From positions 5,766,001 to 5,830,000 of the forward strand of contig OZ116703.1 in NCBI GenBank assembly GCA_964199315.1: 64,000 bases of DNA. Reading direction: 5' to 3'. This DNA comes from Orbicella franksi (taxonomy: Eukaryota). The notes under the pieces are model-generated. The model was given only the letters and a program-made list of their open reading frames with translations, ran no database searches and was not told the origin of the DNA. Below are positions 10,844 to 25,800 of this stretch, one piece after another; position 1 is the stretch's first letter; every line of letters begins with the position of its first letter. The translations under genes were made by a program, and so were the position numbers.

Positions 10844-13800
10844 TTAGATTTCTGTCCCAAAGTAAGGATCATATCCTGTCATGGTGTGAGTAGACGTCTC
10901 TGAACTGGAGAGAGATCTCTGTCGCGTTAGTTGGATTGGAGTTTGAGTATTTGCTTCTGAGTAAGAAATAGTTCTTTTTCGCGGTGAACCTCGACCTGAA
11001 CTCTCGGAATTATCATCATCTTCGTAAAATACTTTGACAGCATCACCACTGATATTAAGCAGACACTGACCCTAGGAATAAGAAGAGTTCAAGGTTAATT
11101 TGCAAAAGTGGCATGAGCAAGAACATCTCTGTTTATGACTTGATACCTTATTTGAACTGAGACGTTTCGGTTTGAAAACGCATTTGCCCACAGTCCACAT
11201 TGAAACATCTTGAAAAAATTTACTTATTCAAAAACGCTGTACAGAATTGAGACATTTGAAAACCGATCCCTGTTGCATTAGCGTGGACAGTGAAAACGGA
11301 GGTTTTGGAATGCTGACATCACTTACAACACATGCGCCTGCGTAAGTGATGGTTGTGTTGATTTCTCGTAGTGCACCAGCGTTTTCAAGAAGGTTTAATG
11401 TACACAGGGAAAAATGCGGCATAAAAGGCAGCGTGGATGCAATTTGCTTTTGATAAGTTTTGAGCAGAAAATTCCTCATTTCCAAACGCATTTATGTGGA
11501 TGAGTCCTGAATGTGACTTACCTGGTGTTTATGAGGATTATCAAGCAGAACAATCTCATTTAACTGGTAAGAGACCAAGGCATTCCCTCCAATTGCTAAC
11601 ACATGAGCTCTAAGGATTGCTTGAGCTTCAGCCAAAAATGCTTGCATAAATACGTTTAAACCACCATTCTAAGAAAAAACAAATAACACACTTGATAGCT
11701 CAATCAACTAGGAAAAAAAACAACTACAATAAAAAATATAGATTAGAACTTATTATGTACGAGTTTTCCATACCTCACGAACTGTGTGGCTTTCCCGTAT
11801 TAAAAACAAGTTGATGTTGCCTAGGTAACTTTCAATCTGTGTATTTGGTAAGTACGACATTGATGTCACCTCAACAGCAGGGCGATATGGAACCTTAATT
11901 TAATGGAAAAACAAAACAGATATCTGATGAAGTGAGTAATATATGGAACATTAAATGTAGAAATAGCATGAACTCGGAAAAGTGATCCGATATCAAGATG
12001 GGTTTGCACCCACGACCCTCCGTGATCCATATAATGTCCATTATTTGGCTGTGTGACCGTGCACTGCTGTCCCAGTCAAAGACCCACATTTCACCCTTGC
12101 TCACCGTAGAGTCTCCAGCAGCTCAGTGGTTAGAGCGTCCGGCTAGATCACGGAGGGTTGTGGGTTCAAATCCCATCTGGAACTCGGATTTTTTTCCGAG
12201 TTGATGCTATTTTTACATTTAGATATCTGACAACGTAATTATATCCTCATTCTAAGTTAACAATTGAATCCACAAGATTGATCAAAACTTATTTCTCCTT
12301 GCAATATCAAGACACTGTTCAGCAATAAGGTAATGATAAAAAGGAAAATCATTTGCTATGGGACACTGCCTCGATGCACCATCAAATTCTTATAACTAAC
12401 ATAATAGAAACTTGTGTGGTCGTCCGAGTGAGGGTAGTTTTGAAAAGAACTGTTGTTTTTTTTTGACTGACGTTTCAACAACTTGAGCGGAAGTCATCTT
12501 CAGAGTCACGTGAATCGTGTTTGTCAGTCGATGGTGTTATAAGTCTGGTCCGGTTAAAGTGATTGGTCAGTTTAGCCGTAATGGTGTTGGCTGTAAGATT
12601 CGTGTAAAGTTTTTCAGCAGTCATTGGTCGGTTGTAGTAACATTCAATCCGTCTATTGTTAGTCAAATTACGTCGGTCCATTTCGGTTTGTTTCAAACCA
12701 TTTACTATGTTATAATAGAAACGAATGGCAATCACTAAGGAGAATTAATGTGCTTATAAATATTTCGAGCTTGGGACTGAAAGGGCAAGAACCATGCTTT
12801 ACAAATGAGTCATTTAGCATACCTTTGTTCTAACAGACAGCGGATGATCAAGGCATCTCTTAGGTTTTGATTCTGTAAAACAGATCAGCTCATGCTCAGC
12901 ACTCATCCAAAGTAAAGCCTAGTACTAGAAAATACCTTTTACAGTTTCCACAGTCAAATCTCCTATTAGAACACATTGGGTTCTGGTAAACCCTCAATAA
13001 TGTCATATTGTTCCAAGTAATTTTCTAAAAGCTTTATAGATATTATCACAATATACGTCAGACGAGAGTGCCTTGCTGAATAGCTTTCCCTTCTTTAAAA
13101 CAAAAGTTAAGTGTGACACCCCAACTTTCCGTCGTCACTTTTGTCATCCTTGTCAGAGTGTGGCTGTCCATGTGACAAGAATTTGTTTTGGTACAACAGT
13201 ATTCGACAAAGGTGTACATAGATAGCATGATTTGTCATATTACCTGACTCAGAGATTATATTTCCCTGTGAGGCATTATCACCAACCTCTTCAATGGGAA
13301 AAAGAAGGTCATCAGATTCCATGCCACTTTCAGAGTTGTGTGATACACGAGAATAAGCTGAAAAACCATAATGAATACCCAGTCACTAAAGACATTTATA
13401 GCATGCCATAGAAAATACAGCCAATCAGAATACAGGAAAGCCGTTGTATACTCGACGGTATTACACCCAATCTTCCCATCGTGCGCATATGCCCCGCACG
13501 TATGTCCCATTGATTGTGCTGGCCACTGTATTTTCTATGACATGGTATAAAATAGTTATGCAATGCTCTCTCGTGATATACCATGGAATATCCCACTTGC
13601 CACTTGTATTTTCTTGGTGTACCGAGAAAATACAAGTGAGTTGTGGGATATTCCATGGTACACAAGGAGAACGCGTTGCGTAACTGGTATGTAGTTACAA
13701 AACAGATGAAGAAAGCAATATTAGTATACTACGTTACAACCTAATATCAATTTCAAGATAGCTGAGACACTCTCTGCAAAAGTTATCACTGCCATTAAAA

Positions 13801-16800
13801 TTGCTTCTTGAGCAATACAGTGGAACCCCGATTTAACGATACCTCATATTAACGAACGTTTTGTCAAGATTTCATTGCATGTGGAAACTTTCCCTATCGT
13901 CCTTTTCAATGTTGTTTCTGTTAGGGTCATTAGCTAGTGATTACTTACATTTTATCTTGTACTAGATTCTTAAAACTGAGGAAGCAAACTGTCAAATTAG
14001 AAACCCAACTGCTTTGAAAGCAGAACAGCCTGTCCCAGCGCAGTTGAAAAGGGCTGCAAGGCACCCTACTTCTCTCTCTCTCTTCCAAACTGTACTTACA
14101 TCTGTCACAAAGATTTCTTTTGTTCTTGAGAGAACTTCCTTCTTCTACTTGCCTTTCCTCTATACAAAGTGCCACACCTGTTACGGCAACCTAAGAAATG
14201 ATTGCCAAAGAAATAGTCCTTGTTTACTCAGCGTTATCACCAGAGAGGTCTTCAATATCGTCCACACAAAATATAAAGTTCTTGAACTGATGGGAAAAAA
14301 GTTACCTGAATATTGTCATCTTCTGGTATTTCGATATCAAAGTGAATGTTTGAAAGGCAACAGGGAGACTTGCTGCGAAGCTTGAACCAGAAGCTCTGAA
14401 GTACCAACAAAGCAATTAACTTTTCAGTAAAATTAACAGACGTAGTTACATGTTCAGGAGAGTTGCATTTGGGCTGCATGTTTGTGGCACTATTTATACT
14501 TTTCCGAAATACTTGAATTGCAATATGTAAAAGAAAGAGCAACAAACACTTTCAAAAAACAACAAAAAACTAATGAACACCCCGTCAGTCACTCAGATGA
14601 AAAAGATGAATAGGCACACAGTCAGCGGTAAAAAAATCTCTGACTTGTTCAGAACAGGTCAATGGAGAGTTACTTTCCATGTGTAACATACTAGGCTCAC
14701 AGTATGTCAGGAGGGAGAGGAGACACTTACTAAGGCGTAGGATATGGACAAACACTTCAACAGGTGTGTTAAATATGACGAGGATGTACAGATGGAGAAA
14801 GAGTTGTCAATTAAAACACCTTACTTTGACTGTGTCTTCAAACAGCTTAGCAAACTGCTGATTTGTCCGTATGTCTTCATCACTAAGTGTTTTTCTCTGA
14901 ACTGCTGTTATCATCTGAAAGAAATTTGGCATTAATCTGCAATTAAATTATTATATAATATGTCAAATTATTCTCATATTTTGATTGGTCCTTAATTATG
15001 ATAACGTGGAGGACAGATGCATAGATAACATCATTAACATTTTTTTTTGTTTCTTTATTATATAAAATGAATAAAATGCTATGTGGAATCTATTTGTTAA
15101 ATTCTAAATGTTAAAAAGAATTGCTTCTCCCTAAAAAGCAGCAAATCTTGGACATACCTTCACTCCTGATTTAAGATTGATCACACCAGGAAGTGTCTCT
15201 GTGTTGCAGGAATAAAAACCTTTGAAGGTAGATAATAAACAAATGTTTTTAGAACATTTACATGATAACAACCTCAATGTTGGGAAATGATCTTGTCTAA
15301 TCAAACTCTAAATTTCCCAATACTATGTGCCTTAAGAGTTTCAGTGAAATGCTGTTTAACTATTTGCTGATTTATGTGCATGAAAAAAGGAAAAATATCC
15401 AAGACGAAACCTACTCCCACCCATGAAGAGTAAGAAAACTAATGGACATTTCATGTCACAGTGTGTGCTGTTGGCTCGTAATTATTACTAGGCCAAAAAA
15501 CGATTCCTTTCTGACCTTCAGGGGCTGGTTCATCAAGTAGAACGGCCACTACATCTTCATCTTTTTTGTCATCAACCTAAACGCAATGTTTATTTGCCTT
15601 CAGTTCTATGGAATCATCAAGTAACACATCCTGTGTTATAATAATGCTGCTTCAAAGAATGATGGACTTCACTTTAAAGCATGCACGATGACACACTAAT
15701 GTCCTATTACTTCTTTGGCCACGATAAAACTTTGCCATGTACATGGCATATTATTCTCTAGTATCTGCACTCTGCATTAGCAGACTATTTGTAAACCCAA
15801 GTTTCAACAAGTCCAGATAATTAGCACTATTAAGCCTTTCTCTCCTAAGAGTACCCTTACTCGTGTTTTAAAACCCCCAAAGTAGTAAAATGTTGAAAAT
15901 AAACAGTACACATAGCAATAATGCCCAGTACAACACAGCATAATAAATGGCATCAAAAGAACTTGGACCAAAAAGGGATAATTAGCTTTACCTCTACAAC
16001 ATATGCATCTTTTGGCCCTGTACACAAATCAAGGTCTGCCTTGGGACCTTCATCTTGTTCTAACTCAGGCATGATCACTGCTTGAACCTTCTGTGATGGA
16101 CTTGGTGGTGGCGTTCCCTTAGGAGTCTGCTGCAAATAGAAAACTACACTCAAACTTTAAATCTCACAAAAAGTGTTTTTGTATAACAAAATAGCACCCA
16201 ATTCTAACCTTAAACAAAATGCATGCAAATTGGCTCTAACCTGTAGAAAGTGCATGGAGAATGGTATAGGCCAAAAGGCACCATCATGGGTTTTGTACCT
16301 GACTCGCCAAGATGGTTTATATTTGCTTTGAATAGTTATTAACAGCATGTTATATTAATCTCGTATTCTTTTTTAAATGTTTTAAGAATATGTATAATTT
16401 AGACAGTTTGAACTTTGTATCGTTTCGAACTTGCAACAAGCCTTTGAGAAAGATTGATTATCTAACACTCAGTGTCCCGTTTAGTCGCACAGAATCTTCT
16501 AAGAACTCATATTTTATATGGGTTTGACGCTCATGGAATGAACTACTTCTTAACATCAGGGAGTCTAACACCTTGTCAGTCTTCCGCAAGAAATTGTTTG
16601 CTTATTTTTACGATAAGTTCAGCGCTAATTTTTTATTGTGATTATCTCATTTTTTAATACGAGTTTAGAGTAATTTTTAACTAGGTATACAATCATACAA
16701 TGATACATTAAGGCGGCTTATATTAAGGAATCTTGTATTCTGTTTTAAGCTGTCCTCAAATTCACTGGATTGACTTGTTCAATGTAATGTAATTTGGAAT

Positions 16801-19800
16801 TTTTATTAAAGATTAAAGATTAAAGAATTGTATTTCTTGCCACAAAGCTCAACAAACACAATTTGGCAATAAGCAAACATATTTGGATGAGGCCATATGA
16901 AACTGAATACAATAATGGGATAAACTGATCATGATATTGTAAAACTAAATGTAGATTCTTACTATAAGGACAGTATCTTTAAGTCTGAAGCTGGCTCTAT
17001 TCTTGTTGGTTGTCTCCAAAATTTGTTTCTGGATCTCAGCAAGTCGTTTATCTTCTTCAGCAGACAGGTTACGCTGTTAAGAGAAAAAAGCAGGGCTATG
17101 TAAATCCTGTCTTCTTTATGCTGCTAGGTCCCATGAGTGTTAACAGTGATGCAACATTTGAGTTATACAGGGAATAAAGTGGGAAATGTAACTTGGGGTT
17201 AGTGATGGTCAGCTAACATGTTTAAAACATACAGAATCTGTTTTGCAAGAATATTAGGAATTGATTGCTTTGTTCTTTTTGAAAATGAGTTTAAAACTAC
17301 TAATTAGTGACCACTTATTGCCCTCACTTACCCGTCCAGTGATCTTCAGTAATGGTGGTGCAGGCAACGGAGCCAGGAAAACTGCTGTGGATGACTGCAA
17401 AAAAGAGATGTACTTCATTACAAAAAGTAGCTAACAGAACAGCAGTTATAGCCCACAACACCACAGTAACACGGCAATGAGAATGACGGTGGCTCATCCA
17501 TCTGCTCCATCAAGAAGTGTAAGGAAACAGGCTTCAGACATACAACATACATTTTCTAGCTGCTACTAATTCCAACAACTTGATAACAATAGCAGTTCAT
17601 CAACATGTGCTTACATATGCATTATTTTTCACGTGAAGTTAGGACAATGTCAAATGTACAGTAGACAATATCATTAAAATACAAACAACCAAAACAGCTT
17701 ACTGCAGTTCCAACAATAAGGCTCTCTCCTACTGATATCTGAAGGTGAAGTCCAAAAAGTGCATTCATGCCCTTGACCTGTCAGGCCAAAAAAAAATTTT
17801 AAGAGACTTCTCGACTAATTGTGAGGTGCAACCAATAACAGCGTTGTTGTTCTTGGTGGAATCAAAACTTAGATCACTTTGAAATGGAAAACAGGAAATA
17901 AAGCGGTATGTCAACACTTGACCCTAGTGGAAGGCATTATAGCAGCTCTATGTTGGCCATGTGGGAATTTAGTCTTCATCAATTAGCTGATCAGGACTTA
18001 CCTGACAGTGGTAGATAGGGTAGCAAAGAATACTCATGGATTTCAGTGAACCACCAGAAGGATACAGAGAGGAAGATTAAGGCTTATTAAACTTAACTAA
18101 GAGTGAAGATGGACATAAATCTTGCAAACCACACCCTTTTCTCATAGACTAGTCCAGCTTACTATAGCTGACTTTTCCAAACTTACCTTTAATTTGTTTA
18201 ACAGTTGTTGGTGCAGTTCATATTCTAGAAATGGTAAGATCTGGAGAGAGATAAAAAGTGGGCCAAAATGAAATTCATAAAAAAGTAAGTATGAAATACA
18301 ATGCCGTGTGTTTTGTCAATTTAAAAAGGGGAAAACAGCTGCCTTTATGTTCTAATCAATTCCCACAACTAATATTAATATATGTCAGAGTGAACTAGCT
18401 TAGTACTAAGGGATTTGAGGTGTGAAACAGTGATTGTCATGCTCACAAATGACAAAACTAAATTAAATTCTAGGGTCTCATCTTTCACAAAACATTCAAA
18501 CAGGAATGAAAGAAAGTTCAATTACCAAATCACTAACTGCCAGAACATGTACTTACAGAACTAACAATATCAGCATTTGCTTCACCTTTCTCCTTCTTTT
18601 TGGTTCTACAAACCCTGTGATAAGACACATTAGTTACATACCTCAAATGTTGTAGAGTTGGAGAACTATAGTACACCTGTGTAAGTCTAAGTTTCTAGCT
18701 AGATATGTTAGTTGTGTCATTACCCCCCAACCTAGAGCTCTCCTAGGGGTGGGGTACAAGTCCAAACAAGTTTATATCTGAACACTGACACCAACAGCAA
18801 CAGTAACAACATTGACAATGCCAAAAGGTGGAGAGATTGCTCCATCACTTGACATGATGGGTTTAGGTATTCAATCACTAAATTCTTGCAGTATTTTGGA
18901 ACTCCTGGCTGGGAATTACTACCACTGTGGTTCTTAATAACAATTTTAATAATACTAATTTTATTACTTAAGTATATAGCGCAAAATTCATTAAAATATA
19001 TGATCTAATGCACTTTACAAACACTATAAAATAAAAAAATCATATCTATATGTAAAGCTAAGAAATCTTAAATAAATTAATCTAAGAAAAATATGCTTGC
19101 TTAAATAAGTGTGGTTTAAGTTCTCTCTTAGATAAGTCCAGAAGCCTCTATGAGGTGCATAACTTAAGAAATTCAAAATGAATACCGAGCCTGAAGAAGA
19201 CAGCCTGTACCAACAATGGGTGATTCAACAGGAGGTTCTATTGTAGCAAATATTACATCAGGAACTTTCTTATACCTGTTAACAAATGAAAAAACAAAGG
19301 AATCTACTTAAAATATTTAAAAATCAAATTCAATATTGAAGCTACTAGCCTTTAAGCAGGCAATGACACAAAAGGTCAGGCCTCAGCTCCAGTTTGCATA
19401 ACATGAAGCAGCTTGGAGTATTGTTACTCCCCCTAGGTGGGATGTTAGTCCATCGCAGATTACTCCCCAGTATTCTGTCAGGTTGCTCCAACAATTCACC
19501 AGTATCAATTTATACACTGGGGTGGAGAGAAGCAAAGTGAGGGTAAAGTGTCTTTCCCAAGAACACACCACAAGACCCCTGGCCAGGACTCGAACTAGAA
19601 CCTCTCAAACCATGAGGACCATAAGTCACAGGTCACACCTCACACGGATGCTTGACACATTGAATGAAACATGATAGGTACGATGAACAAAAATACTGAG
19701 CTCTCTTTTGACTATACCCTTCATGAACACTTACCGACAAACTTGACATTTTGAGAGTATAATAGGAAAAGGTAACTCTACATCAGAATAAGGAATGTGG

Positions 19801-22800
19801 CACACTGAACAACCAGGCACTGGAGACGTTGACAAGATCTCTTCACCAAGTGATGTTCTGTGAGTTCATTAAAAGGATACAAATAAATGGATTAACTTAA
19901 TTATCAATAAAGGCATTACCAATCATCTTGATTACAAGAGCTGTTGGTTAGAAGTTAATGCAAGTAATTCTGGAGGCACATCAACACTAGTTAATATTAT
20001 CACACTATTTCCTTTACTTACCCCTCCTGTTCAGTGACATCAATGGTGACTGGTTCAAGTGGATCTGTGTGACTTGGCAAAGCTGGTGGGAAACCCTGGC
20101 CTTTGTCCACAACAGGAGCTACAAGATGAATAAATCAGTACAAATTCCGTTGCTGATTCTCAGAGTGACTTATAACAACTGACAACACTGTTACAAAGAA
20201 GAGAGCCACAGTGCTGATGGTTAGCTAGTTGTAGTCTAGACTTGAAAAAGCTAACAATAACCACATGAAAAGCTGGGACAAAACTTACAGCATTCTACTG
20301 GTGTGTTTTTGACGTGTTCATGGAACATTATCGATGTTAGTTCAATCTATTGCAATGTCATAACACCCAGACAAATGTGTGATCTAGTGCAAATACATAC
20401 AAAGAATGCCATGGGAAATTCCACTGGGTTCTGTTGTGGCTGACTGCAGGTCTATACATGCTGCTGTCCCTGATGCCGACAGCACTATTAGCTCATCACT
20501 ATGAAGAACAACAATAGTATAAAAATATGTTTATTGTCTACTGTTACCATTGCAGGGTTGCCACCCACCACAACAAAAAAATCCCTGACTTTTCCCTGAC
20601 TTTTCACTGGCTGTAAAGCAATTTTTACTGATTGTGCAGGATAATTATTCTTGCCATGAATCAACAAAAATAAGGATGGCTCAGATAATTTCTAAACCAA
20701 AATTTCCTTGTGTATACGAAAACATCTAATAAAATAATTTGCCGCAACCTTACATGTAAGATAAAATTCCCTGACTTTTCACTGACTTTGAGCACGGATT
20801 TAGAAATTCCCTGACCTGACACAAAACTCCCCGACTTTTCCCTGACCTTGAATAAAATATAATTTTCCCTGACTTTTCCCTGACTATGGCAACCCTGCAT
20901 AGTAAGTAAAGAATCAAGAGGTGCAGCATGTAGTTCAAGTTATGGTATTTTGAGAAAGGTTGTTCCTTGTACAGAACTGTAAAAATGCATGCAAGAAGGC
21001 TGAACAGCACTACAGGTAGAGGACAGAAGAATCCAGGAATTCCACTTACATCACAGCTTCAATCGCTCATTGGTGAACTACCTGTAATACCTTGCAGCAT
21101 TGTTGTGCACAACAGTTGTGCATGTACAAGTGAGGCAAAATTGCCTACCATATGCTGGTGACTTCATAGTATCCTATTACTGCATGACAGCCAAGAGCTC
21201 TGGCATGAGAGCGGATCTCCATTCTCACTTCACTCCACCAGGCGTCTCGTGTTTCTGGCTCATCTGGTGTTAAAAAGAACAAGGCTGTACTCTAGAAGTG
21301 CCCAGGTGCCACAGGCAACTAAATTTTGCCTTAAGGTGACTGGAAAAACATAGTACTTTTTTCATATAAGATTAAGTGCTGGGCACCCAGGATTTCATGG
21401 TTAGGAACCTTTGGGCTCCTCGGAGTGCTTCCAAGACCACAACTTTGAAGAAGCAAGCAAGATTTATGACTTACGTGTAGTAAGTGAAATGGGTTACGAA
21501 CCAGACTAGACCTTCTTGAATACCTCATCAACTTACAGTTTTCATTATGGGTAACAGCTTTGTCTCAAATGCAAGGTGGCAAAAGAGGAATTTACTGGAC
21601 ATGGTGTGATGTAGCCATTGAACAAAACCTTGGCTATAGAGAAGAAATTGTGGTTGTTGATAATATAAAGTTATTGGCAATCACGATTTCTTTCCTAGAG
21701 TCATGTAGTACATCTTTGCCTATGTCTGAGGTCACAGAGCATTCTTGCATTTACAGTGCTCGAAAAAAGTGCCATCCAGTTATCCAGGACAGGTAGATTT
21801 TCCCAACGGGCAAGTAAGTTTTCATTCTCACTTGCATGATGGGCAAGGGCCCAGTTTAGTCATCTGCCAACTAAACAAAAAATAATTAACTAAGACTTGC
21901 TCAGGGCAAGCAAAATCTTGGAGCTGAATGTCCAAAGGGCAAGCTGGAATTCAAGTTTTTCTAAAGCCCTGATTTACCAGTAAGATAGGACTCTACCCTT
22001 AAGCCCTTCATACATGTAGATTTACTGAAAATGGTACTTTAAACAGTTCCAGACTATGGCACATAACAGAATGATCTTTCATTGGTTCATGTACCTGGGT
22101 GATTGATTTTATCCAGAAGTTTGACAGATCTTGCTGTTACAACACCGCCAATGTGTCTCAAAAAACCGGCTGGGAACTTTGTAATGGTAAAGAATGGAAA
22201 CTCCTGAAAGATGTAAAACAATCTGCTTGTCTCTAATTCATGAGTAGACTTACCTAGACATATGCTGATTACTTACAGTTTGACAATGGACATGGACACG
22301 AATACAGTTCTGTCTGGACAGGAGGCATTACTGATGGTTATTGCAAAGTTCAAGATTACCGGTAATACCAATTCATCAGTCATCTCCTTAGTAGGAGATT
22401 TTGTTGGCTTAAAGATCAGCATCTATTGCTATATTCTACTGGACATGAAAATCACACAATCCAGATTTTATAACTTCATGCTAACTATGGAAAATAGAGT
22501 TCAGGTAAGGCCTGATAAGCCCCCCAAGTAGCCAGACTAGAATCAAAAGTAATCACTATTAGAAGTTTGACATTTATTTACCAAGTCATCAACCATCTTC
22601 TGTTTCTGAGTGACCTGCCAAAGTCCCTTGGCCTTGGTGAAAGGGGTGCCACCAGCACTGCCACTGTTGCTATCTACCCCTGCACTAGTAGCCAGCACAG
22701 CCACACGGTCTGAATTAATATGACACAGGAAATATCAATTATAAAATTAAGTACTTTACATGGGCATACAGTAGATCTAAACTAATGAAAGCAGAATTGG

Positions 22801-25800
22801 ATAAAATAATAAAAATTATTACTGTTAAATACGAAATGAATGAGAATTTGTATTAAGTTATTGATAAATTAAATTTACAGTCTGCATAAATTTGAAGTCT
22901 GTGTGTGCTTGATTATATGCAGTTCAGTACATGTATGTTTTATCTTTAGTTATAATATAAAAACACAGAAAGACATTATTTTGTTGTTCCATGTACATGT
23001 ATGAAATTTATATTCACTCAAGAAAGTCAAATTCATTATTAAACTATAGTAACACATTCCAGTTATGTTGAGAAATGCAGAGAATGATTGCTTTCTCTGG
23101 CATTCTCTTGACTTATAAATATTCTCAAATCTCAGATGCATTTTAAGATGGTAAAAGCCATTTTATTTAGCTTTTGGCTTCTTTATTATTTTGTGAAATG
23201 TAGAGTAAAGAAGAAGTTACAGTATTTATGGCACAAGAGGGCGGGGCTGCCAAACTCCTGGGCATTTCAGGATATACCAACCACTGCAATACATTATTAG
23301 TGTCTACTTGGCAGAGGCTTCCTTATAGAGAGAGGTGTGAGTATTCCCATGGAATTTCATTTCTCCACCCTCCTAGCCCCTGCGCAGTCAACATACAAGG
23401 TCACAACAGCAAAAAAAGAGGCATCTTCAGGAGAGATAGAGAGAGAGGATATAATACAAGCCTTCAAATTTTCAAGAGAAAAAGGATAGTTAGGTCATAG
23501 AAACTACTGTAGACGTGATCTTTCTTTTCCTTACAATTGAGCAAATTTAAAGAACTGAACTACGCGAATTAAAACAATGTATGATGACGACGATGATGAT
23601 GATTAATTGTTTAATCCATGCTAACCTTTAGGTGGAGATTCTGAGCCTGGATCTGAATCAGATGATGAAACACGTCTTCGCGAAGCAGGTGCCATGACTT
23701 TACTGGATGGAACTGGCAAGTTTTGGAATGACTCTGGGAAGTTAAATCTAAAGGAGAACAGTTGTATAATTATGAATAGAGGCAGTATTTTGAGTTGTGT
23801 AGTAGTTTTTAATTTACGGTTGCATCCTATTAGATAATATCATGCAAGTCTGCTAGTGATCCGCGGGTCTGTAGTCTAAGTTTGCTGGACACCAACCTTT
23901 AGCATTATGTCCTCCACAATCGAGAGTAGCAACATTTCAATTTGCATTTTGAAACATGCTATAAAATGATTAATAGCTTGAACAATAAATTTAAAGTTTC
24001 ATATCATTTTTTAAGAAATCCTTTTATTCCAAGAAAATTGAAAAACATCAGCTCACCCAGATTCTGAGACATAGCTTCCAGGGCCCAGTTCCCCAGAGGA
24101 TGCCAGTGGATGAATTGGAGTGGATGGACGAGAGGTTCCTGCTGTAGTAAGAACACCACTGGCCAGAGTCACAGCAGTACCAATGCCTCGTACTACAATG
24201 CCATATTCACCCTCAAGGTCAAAGCACTGTCGATAACTAGTAAGAGCATTGGAAAGCAAAAAAGCAACCTCAGTGGTTACCAACTCAGCAAGGTTGTAAA
24301 TGTAAGTTCTTGATCAAGTGTGTGGTCATTATGACTGGATATTGGCTTTGAGACAAGATCAAGACAGAGTCAAGGTCCACAAACAAGCAAAAAAACAATG
24401 AGGCATTAAGAATTACTCTGCCATCTTGACAGAACATTAGCTTGGTCAACAGAGGATTTATTATGTAGGATACGCTTCAGCTTCAGAAAATTTTTTTTTG
24501 TGGGGCACAGTGCATAATCCTGAGGAGGCAAGACAGTACCATCTTGCCTGCTCTGGTAGCCAATCACAGCACAGGATTTGGTTCCTCTTGCTTGTTCACA
24601 AGAGCCAGACATACTAATAATAACTATTCAACAAATCAAAAACAGATAATTGAAGTACAGCTTCAGCAAGGTTGTGTCAACCTATCCAGCCCTACCCAAT
24701 AACTGCATTTCCTCCCGTCTCCAAAACTTTAAGACCAATCTTTCGCTGGAGTTCTCCTGTTTGGTGCAAAATGTGGAACAAGATAAATAAGGAAGCATCA
24801 CATATATAGGCATGCAATGCATGAAAAAAGCTTCAGTTACATAGTTTCATTCCATGAATACCATACTTATAGATGCTACGAGCCTCTAGCACGTCTAGAA
24901 AAACATTGTGCTCATTGTGTATGTCTTGAAGTCCTGTAAAACCACTAAGTACTACATAAACTCTTGATAATGCAGATAACATTCAAATATGCTCTAAATT
25001 TCCACCCTCAAATAGCTGTGTGCAAAAACTTGTCATTCTTACTTATTTCAGGATATGCTCTTCTCTATCGATAGTATGATTTTATTTATTATTAATTAAA
25101 ACATTTTTTAATGGAAAGTAGTTCACATGATCCCAGGCTTCAAAATTAGCAGCTATATTACAGATTTGTTGGAGGCAATTTAAAAGTAGCCTTAACAGTT
25201 TAGTTCTAAAGAAAAACAAAATACAGTAACTTATGATGTTAAGAACCTGAAAGTTTGGTAAAGAGTCTTTGACGTGCTTCATTAGAAGACCTTGGTGTTC
25301 TAATCTTGTCAATCCACTGGTATTCTGGATCATCATTAACAACCAGCTCCTCTACAAACCCATGAATGACAAGGGCTTTGAGGCCAAATGGGACAGAACA
25401 AGCTGAAATCATTGAAAGTTAACATTAATCTATAAAGACGTGGAGGCAGTGTGGCCAAATGGTTTAGGGCACTGGTGTTGTAATCTGGAGGTCCTGGGTT
25501 CAAGGCCTCCGCCCTGCCACAAGCGGGATTTGTTTCTCGCTTGTCACGAGTTCAAATCCTCGGTCACGCTTTGTAAATAGCCAACTGGTCTGTCTCCTGC
25601 CAGCTGGGATTTTTAACTATGTTATGTTTATTTGAAATGTTTGTTTCCTTTGGTTCAGTGGTATGCCTGTAAATTAGCTAAGCTTAGTACTTGTTTAATT
25701 TAGCTAAGTGCATGACCACTATAAATAAGATTTCCATTTCCATTTCCATTAAGACCTACTAGTAGATATAGTGCTACCTCAATAATCCGGTCACCAATGG

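Noticed and set aside
12112-12185. Apparent tRNA gene
   Set aside because: Anticodon arm has a 9-nt loop, the acceptor stem is poor, and it is embedded in an inverted-repeat element; treated as tRNA-derived.
13107-13243. Read-through of C2CD5 exon 29 as an alternative C-terminus
   Set aside because: A good donor at 13243 and an in-phase chain to conserved downstream exons explain the gene; no independent support.
21011-21086. Pre-miRNA hairpin
   Set aside because: Pairing stops after the terminal stem; the interior is not a continuous duplex.
25442-25520. Apparent tRNA genes at SINE heads (also near 3890-3960)
   Set aside because: Continue into a 230-bp shared body and simple-repeat tail, one with a TSD; these are SINEs.
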